Positions 13,693-23,599 of a stretch of DNA of 64,000 bases are shown here, in pieces. The notes below the pieces were generated by a model. The model was given only the letters and a program-made list of their open reading frames with translations, had not been told where the DNA came from and made no database searches. Source of the DNA: an uncultured Eubacterium sp. (GTDB taxonomy: Bacteria > Bacillota > Clostridia > Lachnospirales > Lachnospiraceae); NCBI GenBank assembly GCA_934316845.1, contig CAKRDZ010000010.1, positions 1,560-65,559 on the forward strand. Direction: 5' to 3'. Positions within the stretch are counted from its first letter, which is position 1; the number at the start of each line of letters is the position of its first letter. The translations under genes were made by a program, and so were the position numbers.

Positions 13693-15072
13693 ATGTTTTA
13701 TGAGGATACGATTGCTGCGATTGCAACGGCATCTGTCAATGGTGGAGTAAGTATTATCCGGATAAGTGGCAGTAACGCAGTAAAAGTGGCTGATTGCTGC
13801 TTGAAGTTAAAAAATAAAACGCTGTCAGATTCAAAAAGTCATACCATTCATTACGGTTATGTAATTGATGAGAAAGAACAAAAAATAGATGAAGTTCTTG
13901 TACTATTGATGCTTGCGCCAAATAGTTATACGAGAGAAGATGTAGTAGAAATTCAATGTCATGGCGGAGCCTTTGTCTGTCAGACAATTCTTGATCTGAT
14001 ATTAAAAAAAGAGGGAGTTCGTATTGCCGAACCGGGAGAATTTACAAAGCGTGCTTTTTTAAATGGAAGAATTGATCTGTCTCAGGCAGAAGCTGTCATG
14101 GATCTGATTGAGTCGAAGAGTAAATATGCTTTGGAAAGTTCTGTCTCTCAATTAAGCGGTATGATGAAACAAAAGATTCAGAAAATCCGTAATATATTGA
14201 TGGATGATGTCGCTTATATTGAAGCTGCACTGGATGATCCGGAACATATTACTCTGGATCTGTTTGAAAAAGATTTTTTAAATCATATTACAGATTCCAT
14301 TCATGAACTTCAAAAGATGAAAGATAATTATAATAACGGCAGATTGATCTATGAGGGAATCCAGACTGCTATTATCGGAAAGCCAAATGTTGGAAAATCA
14401 TCTTTTTTAAATGCCATGCTTGGAATGGAACGTGCAATTGTGACAAATGTGCCCGGTACAACACGCGATACATTGGAAGAAAATGTCAGAATTGGTGATG
14501 TATTTTTACACCTGATTGATACTGCCGGGATTCGTGAAACAGAAGATGAAGTTGAAAAAATAGGAATTGAAAAAGCCAGGAAACAACTTGATCAATGCGA
14601 TTTTTGCATATTAATATTAGATAGTTCGCGTGAAATAGAAGAAGAAGATGAAGTTCTTATCAAGGAAATTGAACCGAAAAACGCAGTTATTTTATATAAT
14701 AAATCTGATTTGGATGATGCTTTTTCTATTGATGAAATAGAGAAGAAAACTTCAAAAAATATTATTGCATTTTCAGCGAAAACAGGAGATGGTCTGGATG
14801 AATTGCAACAATATATCACCGATCAGTTTTTCAAAAATGAAATATCATTTAATCAGGAAGTTTATCTTTCCAATGAGAGACAAAAGCAGGCTGTGTCAGA
14901 AGCATATGAAAGTCTGCTTCGTGTCAAAGAAAGTTATGATCTTGGTGTCGGCGAAGATTTTTATACGATTGATATGATGAATGCATATGAACAATTGGGA
15001 AGTATAATTGGTGAAACAGTAGACGATGATCTGGTTGATACTATTTTTAAAAAATTTTGTATGGGTAAATGA
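13693..15072 (+). CDS. mnmE: tRNA modification GTPase MnmE (TrmE)
   Basis: MFYEDTIAAIATASVNGGVSIIRISG N-terminus, G-domain GKPNVGKSSFLN and DTAGIRET, and the C-terminal FCMGK motif. Confidence 0.95.
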   Translation: MFYEDTIAAIATASVNGGVSIIRISGSNAVKVADCCLKLKNKTLSDSKSHTIHYGYVIDEKEQKIDEVLVLLMLAPNSYTREDVVEIQCHGGAFVCQTILDLILKKEGVRIAEPGEFTKRAFLNGRIDLSQAEAVMDLIESKSKYALESSVSQLSGMMKQKIQKIRNILMDDVAYIEAALDDPEHITLDLFEKDFLNHITDSIHELQKMKDNYNNGRLIYEGIQTAIIGKPNVGKSSFLNAMLGMERAIVTNVPGTTRDTLEENVRIGDVFLHLIDTAGIRETEDEVEKIGIEKARKQLDQCDFCILILDSSREIEEEDEVLIKEIEPKNAVILYNKSDLDDAFSIDEIEKKTSKNIIAFSAKTGDGLDELQQYITDQFFKNEISFNQEVYLSNERQKQAVSEAYESLLRVKESYDLGVGEDFYTIDMMNAYEQLGSIIGETVDDDLVDTIFKKFCMGK

Positions 15073-15090
15073 GAAAGGTTTGATGATATA

Positions 15091-17001
15091 ATGAAGAAAA
15101 TATTAGAAGAGACATACGATGCCGTCGTAGTTGGTGCAGGACATGCCGGCTGCGAAGCTGCTCTTGCTCTGGCAAGACTTGGATTTAATACTGCGCTTTT
15201 TACCGTTAGTGTTGACAGCATCGCTATGATGCCATGCAATCCAAATGTTGGTGGATCGTCTAAAGGTCATCTTGTAAGAGAAGTGGATGCGCTTGGCGGG
15301 GAGATGGGTAAAAATATCGATGCAACATTTATACAAAGCAAGATGTTAAATAAATCAAAAGGCCCTGCCGTACATTCCCTGCGCGCCCAGGCCGACAAAA
15401 AGGAATACAGTAAAAGAATGCGTCACGTATTAGAAAAAATGGAAAATATTTCCATTAAACAGGCAGAAGTGACGAAACTCCTAGTAGAAGATAATAAAAT
15501 AGTAGGCGTGAAAACATACACTGGTGCAATCATTCATTGTAATGTCTGTGTATTATGTACGGGTACTTATCTGAAAGCAAGATGTATTACCGGGGAGATA
15601 TCGACTTATACCGGGCCAAATGGGTTATCAGCTGCTAATCATCTTTCGGATTCGCTGACGGCGCTTGGCATCAAAATTCGACGTTTTAAAACAGGTACTC
15701 CTGCAAGAATTGATGGAAATACCGTAGACTTTTCTAAAATGGAACCGCAGTATGGGGATGAAAAACTTGTACCATTTTCCTTTACCAACGATCCGGCAGA
15801 CATCGAGAGAGAGCAGGTAAAATGTTACCTTACGTATACCAATGAAAAGACACATGAAATTATCCGTGATAATTTGGATCGTTCTCCTCTTTACTCCGGT
15901 ATGATTAAAAGCACCGGGCCAAGATATTGTCCTTCAATCGAAGATAAGGTCGTCCGTTTTTCTGATAAAAACAGACACCAGGTATTTATTGAACCGGAAG
16001 GATTGTATACTTCTGAAGTATACATTGGTGGTATGTCAAGTTCCATGCCGGAAGATGTGCAGTATGAAATGTATCGTTCTGTGAAAGGACTTGAAAATGC
16101 TAAGATTGTAAGAAATGCTTATGCCATTGAATATGACTGTATTGATTCACTGGAATTGAAACCATCCCTGGAATGCAAAAAGGTAGAAGGACTTTTTAGT
16201 GCCGGACAGGCAAATGGAAGTTCCGGATATGAAGAAGCAGCAGCACAGGGAATCATCGCCGGTATCAATGCGGCGAGAAAATTGCAGAAAAAAGAACCAA
16301 TTGTCTTGGATCGATCACAGGCATATATTGGAGTGTTGATTGATGACCTTGTAACAAAGGGTACAAATGAACCATATCGTATGATGACATCGAGAGCAGA
16401 GTATCGTTTGATACTTCGTCAGGATAATGCAGATCTGCGATTGACTCCAATTGGATATGAAGTTGGTCTGATATCAAAGGAAAGATACGATGGTTTACTT
16501 CTAAAAGATGAATTGATACAAAAGGAAGTATATCGCATGGAACATACTTCTGTCGGTAACACAGACAATGTGCAAGAACTTTTGAAACAGTATGGAAGTA
16601 CACCATTGATTAGTGGAATCACCTTGGCTGAATTGATTCGTCGTCCGGAATTGAATTATGATAAAATTGAACCAATTGATAAAGAAAGAAAATCACTTCC
16701 TTATGACGTATGTGAACAGGTAAATATAAATATTAAATATGACGGATATATTTCACGTCAGATGAAACAGGTAAAACAATTTAAAAAGATGGAACAAAAG
16801 AAGATTCCTGCGACTATTGATTATTCTAAGATTAATAGTTTAAGAATTGAAGCAGTACAAAAATTAACGGAGATCAGACCGGAGTCTGTAGGACAGGCGG
16901 CAAGAATATCTGGTGTATCTCCAGCAGACATATCAGTCTTACTTGTTTATCTTGAAAATTATAATAGAAATGTTTCACGTGAAACATCGGAGGAAGAATA
17001 G
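15091..17001 (+). CDS. mnmG: tRNA uridine 5-carboxymethylaminomethyl modification enzyme MnmG (GidA)
   Basis: 636 aa. FAD motif [18 protein letters not shown] and GTTPARID-type motifs are present. Conserved order with mnmE and rsmG. Confidence 0.96.
   Translation: MKKILEETYDAVVVGAGHAGCEAALALARLGFNTALFTVSVDSIAMMPCNPNVGGSSKGHLVREVDALGGEMGKNIDATFIQSKMLNKSKGPAVHSLRAQADKKEYSKRMRHVLEKMENISIKQAEVTKLLVEDNKIVGVKTYTGAIIHCNVCVLCTGTYLKARCITGEISTYTGPNGLSAANHLSDSLTALGIKIRRFKTGTPARIDGNTVDFSKMEPQYGDEKLVPFSFTNDPADIEREQVKCYLTYTNEKTHEIIRDNLDRSPLYSGMIKSTGPRYCPSIEDKVVRFSDKNRHQVFIEPEGLYTSEVYIGGMSSSMPEDVQYEMYRSVKGLENAKIVRNAYAIEYDCIDSLELKPSLECKKVEGLFSAGQANGSSGYEEAAAQGIIAGINAARKLQKKEPIVLDRSQAYIGVLIDDLVTKGTNEPYRMMTSRAEYRLILRQDNADLRLTPIGYEVGLISKERYDGLLLKDELIQKEVYRMEHTSVGNTDNVQELLKQYGSTPLISGITLAELIRRPELNYDKIEPIDKERKSLPYDVCEQVNINIKYDGYISRQMKQVKQFKKMEQKKIPATIDYSKINSLRIEAVQKLTEIRPESVGQAARISGVSPADISVLLVYLENYNRNVSRETSEEE
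16971..16986. promoter_or_regulatory. parS centromere site (perfect palindrome)
   Basis: TGTTTCACGTGAAACA matches the Firmicute parS consensus TGTTNCACGTGAAACA. Lies in the last codons of mnmG. Confidence 0.85.
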
Positions 17002-17702
17002 TGAAAATATCATTTAGTAAATATGGATTGCCGTTGGATGAAACGATGTGCAGTCAATTTGAAAGATATTATGAATTGCTCATTGAATGGAATCAACGTA
17101 TGAATCTAACAACGATTACGGATCGAAAAGAAGTAATAGAAAAACATTTTATTGATTCTGTTCTTTTGCTCACAAAATACAAGAATGAAATATTTAACAA
17201 TAAGACAATTATTGATGTGGGAACAGGAGCAGGATTTCCGGGCATCCCTCTTGCTATCATGCTGCCACATACAAAATTTACATTGATTGATTCACTGGAA
17301 AAGAGAATACATTTTCTTGAAAATGTGATAGGTGAATTAGAATTAGAAAATGTGATATTGTATCATGGCAGAGCAGAAGACTATGGAAAAGATACATCAT
17401 TTCGTGAACAATTTGATTATTGTGTTTCGAGAGCAGTTGCTCCTTTACCAATTTTGTTAGAATATTGTTCTCCTTTCATAAAAGTAGATGGAAGTTTATT
17501 ATTGTACAAAAGTAAAAAAGCAGATCAAGAAATACAAGATTCACAACATGCTTTGGATGAATTGAATTGTAAGATTGGAGATATATGTACTTTATCCGAA
17601 AATGAAGATTACAAAAGATATATTGTTGAAATTCATAAGATAAATAATACTCCTGCAAAATATCCTAGAAAAGCAGGAAAACCGAAAAAGAATCCACTAT
17701 AG
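17001..17702 (+). CDS. rsmG: 16S rRNA (guanine527-N7)-methyltransferase RsmG (GidB)
   Basis: 233 aa. SAM motif IIDVGTGAGFPGIPLAI is present. GTG start overlaps the mnmG stop by 1 nt. Confidence 0.93.
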   Translation: MKISFSKYGLPLDETMCSQFERYYELLIEWNQRMNLTTITDRKEVIEKHFIDSVLLLTKYKNEIFNNKTIIDVGTGAGFPGIPLAIMLPHTKFTLIDSLEKRIHFLENVIGELELENVILYHGRAEDYGKDTSFREQFDYCVSRAVAPLPILLEYCSPFIKVDGSLLLYKSKKADQEIQDSQHALDELNCKIGDICTLSENEDYKRYIVEIHKINNTPAKYPRKAGKPKKNPL

Positions 17703-17707
17703 AAAAA

Positions 17708-17723
17708 TGTTTCACGTGAAACA
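17708..17723. promoter_or_regulatory. parS centromere site (perfect palindrome), doubling as a terminator-like hairpin after rsmG
   Basis: A second exact TGTTTCACGTGAAACA, flanked by AAAAA and TTTTT, 6 nt after the rsmG stop. Confidence 0.85.
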
Positions 17724-17831
17724 TTTTTAAAAATATGCTAGTATTCTTAGTAAGAGAATGATATAATAGAAACATAGGGGTAAAAATATTAAAAATGAAA
17801 CCCACTAAAAATAAATAAAGGTGAGAAAAAT

Positions 17832-18605
17832 ATGAGTCATAAAGTTATAGCTGTGGCTAACCAGAAAGGTGGAGTTGGAAAAACAACAACTACCATCAAT
17901 TTATCTGCTGCATTAGCCGAAAAAGGAAAAAAAGTTTTAATGATCGACCTGGATCCGCAGGGAAATGCATCCAGTGGACTTGGTGTAAATAAGGATGAGT
18001 TGGAACAAAGTATTTACCAGCTTATGATTGGTACGAATTCATTTGATGAGTGTGTACAAAAAAATGTTCTGGAAAATCTTGATGTTTTGCCTGCAAACGT
18101 AAATCTTGCGGGTGTAGAAATTGAAACATTAGATATGGAAGACAGAAACTATATTTTATCAAAAGAAATTGATAAGGTGAAAGATCAATACGATTACATA
18201 TTAATAGACTGTCCACCATCATTGAACTCATTGACAATCAACTCAATGACGACAGCAGATTCTGTACTGGTTCCGATTCAGTGTGAGTTTTATGCTTTGG
18301 AAGGATTAAGCCAGCTGATCTATACGATTGATCTGGTGAAAGATCGATTGAATCCAAATTTGAAAATGGATGGTGTTGTATTTACTATGTATGATGCCAG
18401 GACAAATTTGTCGCTGCAGGTTATTGAAAATGTTAGAGAAAATTTAAATCAAAAGATTTATAATACGATTATTCCACGAAGCGTCAGATTGGCAGAGGCT
18501 CCAAGTTATGGACTTCCAATTAATATATATGATCGCAAGTCTACCGGAGCAAAAGCATATCGTGCTTTGGCAGAAGAAATTATAGAGGAAGGGGATGAAG
18601 AATAA
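17832..18605 (+). CDS. soj: Chromosome partitioning ATPase ParA/Soj
   Basis: 257 aa. The deviant Walker A NQKGGVGKTTTTINL is present. Confidence 0.95.
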   Translation: MSHKVIAVANQKGGVGKTTTTINLSAALAEKGKKVLMIDLDPQGNASSGLGVNKDELEQSIYQLMIGTNSFDECVQKNVLENLDVLPANVNLAGVEIETLDMEDRNYILSKEIDKVKDQYDYILIDCPPSLNSLTINSMTTADSVLVPIQCEFYALEGLSQLIYTIDLVKDRLNPNLKMDGVVFTMYDARTNLSLQVIENVRENLNQKIYNTIIPRSVRLAEAPSYGLPINIYDRKSTGAKAYRALAEEIIEEGDEE

Positions 18606-19477
18606 TGGCAGCAAAAAAAGGAGGATTGGGAAAAGGGTTAGATACTCTTATTCCGCCAAAAGGAAAGACGACAGAGAAAGACGAAAAAATAGAAATTAAG
18701 AAAATTGAAGAATATGTAGATATCAATAAGGTAGAGCCGAATAAAGATCAGCCGAGAAAATCTTTTAATGAAGATTCCTTGATCGAGTTGTCGGAATCTA
18801 TTAAGCAGCATGGAATTGTCCAGCCACTGGTAGTTGCAAAGAAAGATGACTATTTTGAAATTATTGCCGGTGAGAGAAGATGGCGTGCTGCAAAAAAAGC
18901 AGGATTGAAAGAAGTGCCTGTTGTAGTAAAAGATTATTCCCCACAGGAGATTATGGAAATTGCGTTGATCGAAAATATTCAGCGTGAAGACCTGAATCCG
19001 GTAGAAGAAGCAATGGCTTATCAGAGACTAATTAAGGAATATGATCTGAAACAGGATGAAGTAGCAGAACGAGTATCTAAAAGTCGTACTGCAATTACAA
19101 ACTCTATCCGCCTGCTTAAATTGGATGAGAGAGTGCAAAATATGTTAATTCAGGAATCCATATCAAGTGGACATGCCAGAGCACTTCTTGCCGTGAAGGA
19201 TGGCGATGAGCAGTATAATCTTGCCATGAAGATTTTTGATGAAAAATTGAGTGTGCGTGAGACAGAAAAGTTGATTAAGTCTCTTGGAAAAGAAAAAGCA
19301 AAGCCAAAGAAAAAGGAATTGAAGAATGATTTTGTGTACCGTGATCTGGAGGAAAAACTGAAAACAGTTACCGGTACAAAAGTTATGATTAACCGGAAAA
19401 CGGAAAAGAGCGGAAAGATTGAGATAGAGTATTACAATCAGGAAGATCTGGAAAAAATTATTGGATTTTTTAAATAG
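18605..19477 (+). CDS. spo0J: Chromosome partitioning protein ParB/Spo0J
   Basis: 290 aa. GIVQPLVV and the arginine patch IIAGERRWRAAKKAG are present. The start overlaps the soj stop. Confidence 0.95.
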   Translation: MAAKKGGLGKGLDTLIPPKGKTTEKDEKIEIKKIEEYVDINKVEPNKDQPRKSFNEDSLIELSESIKQHGIVQPLVVAKKDDYFEIIAGERRWRAAKKAGLKEVPVVVKDYSPQEIMEIALIENIQREDLNPVEEAMAYQRLIKEYDLKQDEVAERVSKSRTAITNSIRLLKLDERVQNMLIQESISSGHARALLAVKDGDEQYNLAMKIFDEKLSVRETEKLIKSLGKEKAKPKKKELKNDFVYRDLEEKLKTVTGTKVMINRKTEKSGKIEIEYYNQEDLEKIIGFFK

Positions 19478-19504
19478 AACAAATGTTTGTATAGGAGGAT
19501 AAAG

Positions 19505-20002
19505 ATGTTTCATTTTAGTGATTACGGCATTGAGTCAGATATGATGATAATTGGAATTGCTACGGTATTAGTCGTACTTCTTGTATTGGTGATCGTGGCA
19601 CTTTCTAAAATAGGAAAATTGAAAAAACAGTATAATATGTTTATGGATGGGAAAGATGGTAAAAGTCTGGAAGAAACATTTCAGAAGAAATTTGAAAATA
19701 TGGATATGATCAACGAAGAGTTGAAAAAAATCCAGGGACATCTGGAACGGATTGATGAAAATCTTCTGAAGACATACCAGAAGGTGGCTATCGTCAAATA
19801 CGATGCTTTCAAAGAAATAGGTGGTACATTAAGTTTTGTCCTTGTTCTGCTTACAAAGGATAACGATGGATTGATCTTAAATTCCATGCATTCCAATAGT
19901 GAGGGATGTTATACTTACATTAAGGAAGTTAAGAGCGGCGAAGTGTTTGTGGCTCTGTCAGAAGAAGAAAGACAGGCTTTGGAACAGGCGAAAGAATCAT
20001 AA
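19505..20002 (+). CDS. Membrane-anchored DUF4446-type protein commonly found after parB in Firmicutes
   Basis: One N-terminal TM, a coiled coil, and VAIVKYDAFKEIGGTLSFVLVLLTKDNDGLILNSMH. The family name is assigned from memory of this conserved neighbour. Confidence 0.6.
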   Translation: MFHFSDYGIESDMMIIGIATVLVVLLVLVIVALSKIGKLKKQYNMFMDGKDGKSLEETFQKKFENMDMINEELKKIQGHLERIDENLLKTYQKVAIVKYDAFKEIGGTLSFVLVLLTKDNDGLILNSMHSNSEGCYTYIKEVKSGEVFVALSEEERQALEQAKES

Positions 20003-20129
20003 GGAGTTTTATAAAGACTGTAACAATTCAGGGCTATTTACCAGTGGTTCTGGATTGTTATCAGCAATAAAAGCGAAAAAAAAAGCCCTTACCCAGCAGT
20101 TGCAGGTCTGCCAAACAAGGACTCGGGAG

Positions 20130-20202
20130 TACGCCTTTGGGGGTTCGAACCCCAGACACCCTGATTAAGAGTCAGGTGCTCTACCAACTGAGCTAAAGGC
20201 GC
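20130..20202 (-). tRNA. tRNA-Lys (anticodon CTT)
   Basis: The reverse complement GCGCCTTTAGCTCAGTTGGTAGAGCACCTGACTCTTAATCAGGGTGTCTGGGGTTCGAACCCCCAAAGGCGTA folds as a cloverleaf with a 7-bp acceptor stem, anticodon loop CTCTTAA and TPsiC arm GGTTCGAAC. CCA is not encoded. Confidence 0.9.
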
Positions 20203-20290
20203 TTATCTAATCGCAAAAACTATTATATAACATTTGTAACAAAAAAGCAAGTCTTTATTTAAAAAAAATTAAAAAAAGGAAATAAAATAT

Positions 20291-21496
20291 ATGAGTAGAA
20301 ATCGGAAAACATATCGAAAAATAAAAGAAATAGTAAAGGGAATATTAGCCAATATGGGATCTGTCATTTTGATTCTTGCTTTATGCACCACGGTGATAGC
20401 AATTATATTAAACTGGCAGTCTGTAATGAACGAGCTGCAGAGGTTTATAAAAGTAATCATGCCATTTATCTTTGGACTGGTGCTGGCATTTTTGATCAAT
20501 CCGCTCGTTGAAAGTATACGAAAGATACTTGATAATGTATTTTTCAAGACAAAGCATAAGAAGGGATGTAAATATACCAGTGTAGCTGTTGCATATGTAA
20601 TTCTTCTTGGTCTGATAGCAATTACAATGGTTTATATCGTACCACAGATTTCGCAGAGTATAAAAGAACTTACAAAATCACTGGGATATGGATATAATTA
20701 TATCATTCAAAATACCGGAAAATTACAGGAAAAATATCCATTTTTGCCTATGAATGATATTAAAGAGATTATAGAAAAAGTAGTTCCACAAAATATATTT
20801 AATTACGGAACCGGAATGGCAAAATTTATATTCCCGTATATTTATAATTTGTCGGCTTCCTTTATCTCCGGGTTTATCAATATTATATTTGCTATTGTAA
20901 TATCGGTATATATTATATTGGATAAAGAAAAAATTGTAAAAGAATTACGTCGGTTTATCTATACATTTGCGACAAAAGAGAGAGCACCGTTTATCTGGAA
21001 TACATTTTGTGAGTGCAATCATATATTTAATGGATTTCTATTTGGTAAAAGTGTAGATTCCCTCATTATCGGGATTCTTTCCCTGATTGCAATGAGTATT
21101 CTGAGACTGCCATACGGCTTACTTCTTAGTGTTATTGTAGGTGTGACAAATATGATTCCGTATTTTGGACCTATTATGGGTGCTATTCCGGGTGTAATTA
21201 TATATCTTGTAATAGAACCGAAATATGCGATTATTTATGTCATTATGATACTCGTATTGCAGCAGTTTGACGGGCTTTATCTGGGACCGAAAATACTCGG
21301 AGATCTTACGGGAATCAAGCCGCTTTGGGTTATTTTTGGTATTACAGTAGGCGGTGCTTACTTTGGTGTACTCGGAATGTTTCTCGGTGTACCGGTAGTT
21401 GCAGTAATAATGCATATAATAAATGTGTTTATGGAAGCAAAAATGAAAAAAAAGATGCTAAAAGAAATACAAATTAGAAGAGATAATAAAGAATAA
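20291..21496 (+). CDS. AI-2E family transporter (PerM/YtvI-like permease)
   Basis: 401 aa and about 8 TM. The C-terminal IPYFGPIMGAIPGVI motif is characteristic of the UPF0118/AI-2E family. Confidence 0.8.
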   Translation: MSRNRKTYRKIKEIVKGILANMGSVILILALCTTVIAIILNWQSVMNELQRFIKVIMPFIFGLVLAFLINPLVESIRKILDNVFFKTKHKKGCKYTSVAVAYVILLGLIAITMVYIVPQISQSIKELTKSLGYGYNYIIQNTGKLQEKYPFLPMNDIKEIIEKVVPQNIFNYGTGMAKFIFPYIYNLSASFISGFINIIFAIVISVYIILDKEKIVKELRRFIYTFATKERAPFIWNTFCECNHIFNGFLFGKSVDSLIIGILSLIAMSILRLPYGLLLSVIVGVTNMIPYFGPIMGAIPGVIIYLVIEPKYAIIYVIMILVLQQFDGLYLGPKILGDLTGIKPLWVIFGITVGGAYFGVLGMFLGVPVVAVIMHIINVFMEAKMKKKMLKEIQIRRDNKE

Positions 21497-21663
21497 ATTA
21501 TTTTAGCAGTTTCATAACATAATATACAGAATCTACGATACAATCAATACGTTTTTTTAAGCAAGGCTTTTTTAGAAAAAAACGACGAAGGCAATTTTGA
21601 AATGAATTCATGATAACCTCAGGTAATGTTTTTACTCTAATATATGCCTTGCTTTTTTATAGG

Positions 21664-22302
21664 TTACCGGTATGCGACAAGACGATGGATCGGCATACCT
21701 TTCTGTGAAAATTTTTCTTCATACTCCGTCATGACATTTCCCTCTGCAAATTCGCTGTGATGAAGATCGTAGGTAACGTCCTTTAATTTCCAGGGATCTG
21801 TTTCCGAGATTGTCTCTACAGAATAGTCAAACAATGGCCGGTTGTCCGTCTTAAAGCAAATGACTCCCTCCGGCTGAAGCACTTCATTATAAAGTGATAA
21901 AAAGATCGGAGAGGTCAGGCGGCGTTTCGCGTGACGTTCCTTTGGCCATGGATCTGAAAAGTTAAGGTAAATTCTGTCAATTTCAGAGAATTCAAAAACA
22001 TCTGTAAGATCTTTGGCATCCATACGGATAAAATAAAGATTGGACAATTCCGTCTGCTGTCTTTTTTCTATGGCACGATAAAGAACGCTGGAATAAAGTT
22101 CAATACCGATATAGTTGATAGATGGATTTTCTGCGGCAAGCGTATGGATAAATTTTCCTTTTCCCATACCAATTTCAATATGGATCGGATTATCATTTCC
22201 AAAAAATGTATTCCATTTTCCTTTATATTCTTCCGGTGTCTGTATGACAAATTCACTCGATGCGATAAATTCTTCTGCACCTTTGATATTACGAAGTCTC
22301 AT
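21664..22302 (-). CDS. trmB: tRNA (guanine46-N7)-methyltransferase TrmB
   Basis: Start at MRLRNIKGAEEF... (ATG 22300-22302, GGAGGA upstream). IEIGMGKGKF, FSDPWPKERHAKRRL and the TEYEEKF motif are present. The 87-codon upstream extension in the track is AT-rich promoter DNA. Confidence 0.92.
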   Translation of the reverse strand: MRLRNIKGAEEFIASSEFVIQTPEEYKGKWNTFFGNDNPIHIEIGMGKGKFIHTLAAENPSINYIGIELYSSVLYRAIEKRQQTELSNLYFIRMDAKDLTDVFEFSEIDRIYLNFSDPWPKERHAKRRLTSPIFLSLYNEVLQPEGVICFKTDNRPLFDYSVETISETDPWKLKDVTYDLHHSEFAEGNVMTEYEEKFSQKGMPIHRLVAYR

Positions 22303-22473
22303 AATTGTCCTCCAAAGTTTAATATTCGCAAATATTATAGCATGCTTCATTATAACATATCTCATAATTTTTTTGAAGAAAATATTATAAATTTGCAAGT
22401 AACTATTGGAAAATGTGGAAAAATCGTGTATGATTATAAATAGGCAATAAAATAAATGTAAAGAAGGAACGAG

Positions 22474-23559
22474 ATGGAAGAAAAGAAAATAGTTCTTGTG
22501 TCTGTGAGTGATCTTGTACCTGGAATGATTGTTGCCAGGGATGTATACACGAGAAATAACCAATTGTTAATACCAGCAGATACAGAGATAACAGAATCAA
22601 TTATTGCACGGATGACATTTTTTGGGGTAATGAGTATCCGGGTTTATTTAGATGAATTAAAACAGAATATAGAAGAGGACGAAGAAGATTTTATGACACA
22701 GCAGGAAAAAGAGGATTTTGCTGCTTTCAAGGAAAATTATGAATTGACGATGAATCATGTGTCAGAAAATTTGAATTCTCTTCTAAAGACCGGAAATGAG
22801 ATTAACAGTGACCAATTGGTGGAAGATGTGGATAAGTTATTGTTTCAATCCAAAAGCCGGTATGAAATTATCAATATGGTACATAATATACGTACTTTTG
22901 ATGATGAAACATACCGCCATTCACTGAATGTGGCGATGATCAACAGTGTCTTTGCCGGGTGGCTTGGCATGAGCGAGTACGAAAGAAAGCAGCTGACGTT
23001 GTGCGGTCTTTTACATGATGTCGGTAAATTACTTATATCGAAAGACATTCTTCGAAAACCGGGACGGCTGACAGAGGAAGAATATGAGCAGATCAAAAAG
23101 CATCCATTGCTTGGATATGAGAAAATGAAAGATAAAAAACTTCCCGAATCTGTCAAACGAGTGATTCTGCTTCATCATGAAAGAGCAGATGGAAGCGGGT
23201 ATCCATATGGATTTCGTTTGAAAGAAATCGATCCTTATGCAGCAATTACAGCAATTGCAGATGTATATGATGCCATGACGTCAAACCGGGTATATCGTCA
23301 CGGAATGAGTCCGTTCGATGTAATAGAGATATTTGAAAAAGAAGGAAGAAAGCAGTTTAACCCGATGTTTCTTGTGCCTATTTTAAATAATCTGACAAAT
23401 ACATACCTGCAGCATTACGTCAAATTGAGCAATGGAGAAAAGGGAAAAATTGTATTGATCAATAAAAGTGAGTTGTCACGGCCAATGATCGCATTGGATA
23501 ATAATAAGTTCATCGATCTTTCCAAAGAACGCGACATAAAAATAACACGGGTTCGCTAG
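22474..23559 (+). CDS. HD-GYP domain protein (putative cyclic-di-GMP phosphodiesterase)
   Basis: The HSLNVA, LLHDVGK, HPLLGY and HHERADGSGYPYG motifs are present. Confidence 0.88.
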   Translation: MEEKKIVLVSVSDLVPGMIVARDVYTRNNQLLIPADTEITESIIARMTFFGVMSIRVYLDELKQNIEEDEEDFMTQQEKEDFAAFKENYELTMNHVSENLNSLLKTGNEINSDQLVEDVDKLLFQSKSRYEIINMVHNIRTFDDETYRHSLNVAMINSVFAGWLGMSEYERKQLTLCGLLHDVGKLLISKDILRKPGRLTEEEYEQIKKHPLLGYEKMKDKKLPESVKRVILLHHERADGSGYPYGFRLKEIDPYAAITAIADVYDAMTSNRVYRHGMSPFDVIEIFEKEGRKQFNPMFLVPILNNLTNTYLQHYVKLSNGEKGKIVLINKSELSRPMIALDNNKFIDLSKERDIKITRVR

Positions 23560-23599
23560 ATAATGAAAAAAGCAAAGCAAGAAAGAAAGGATAGGAAAA

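Noticed and set aside
20019-20034. A 15-nt exact repeat TAACAATTCAGGGCT, also present at 31015..31029, in both cases just after a plus-strand stop codon.
   Set aside because: Several exact matches of about this length are expected by chance in 64 kb of AT-biased sequence, and there is no extended similarity around them.
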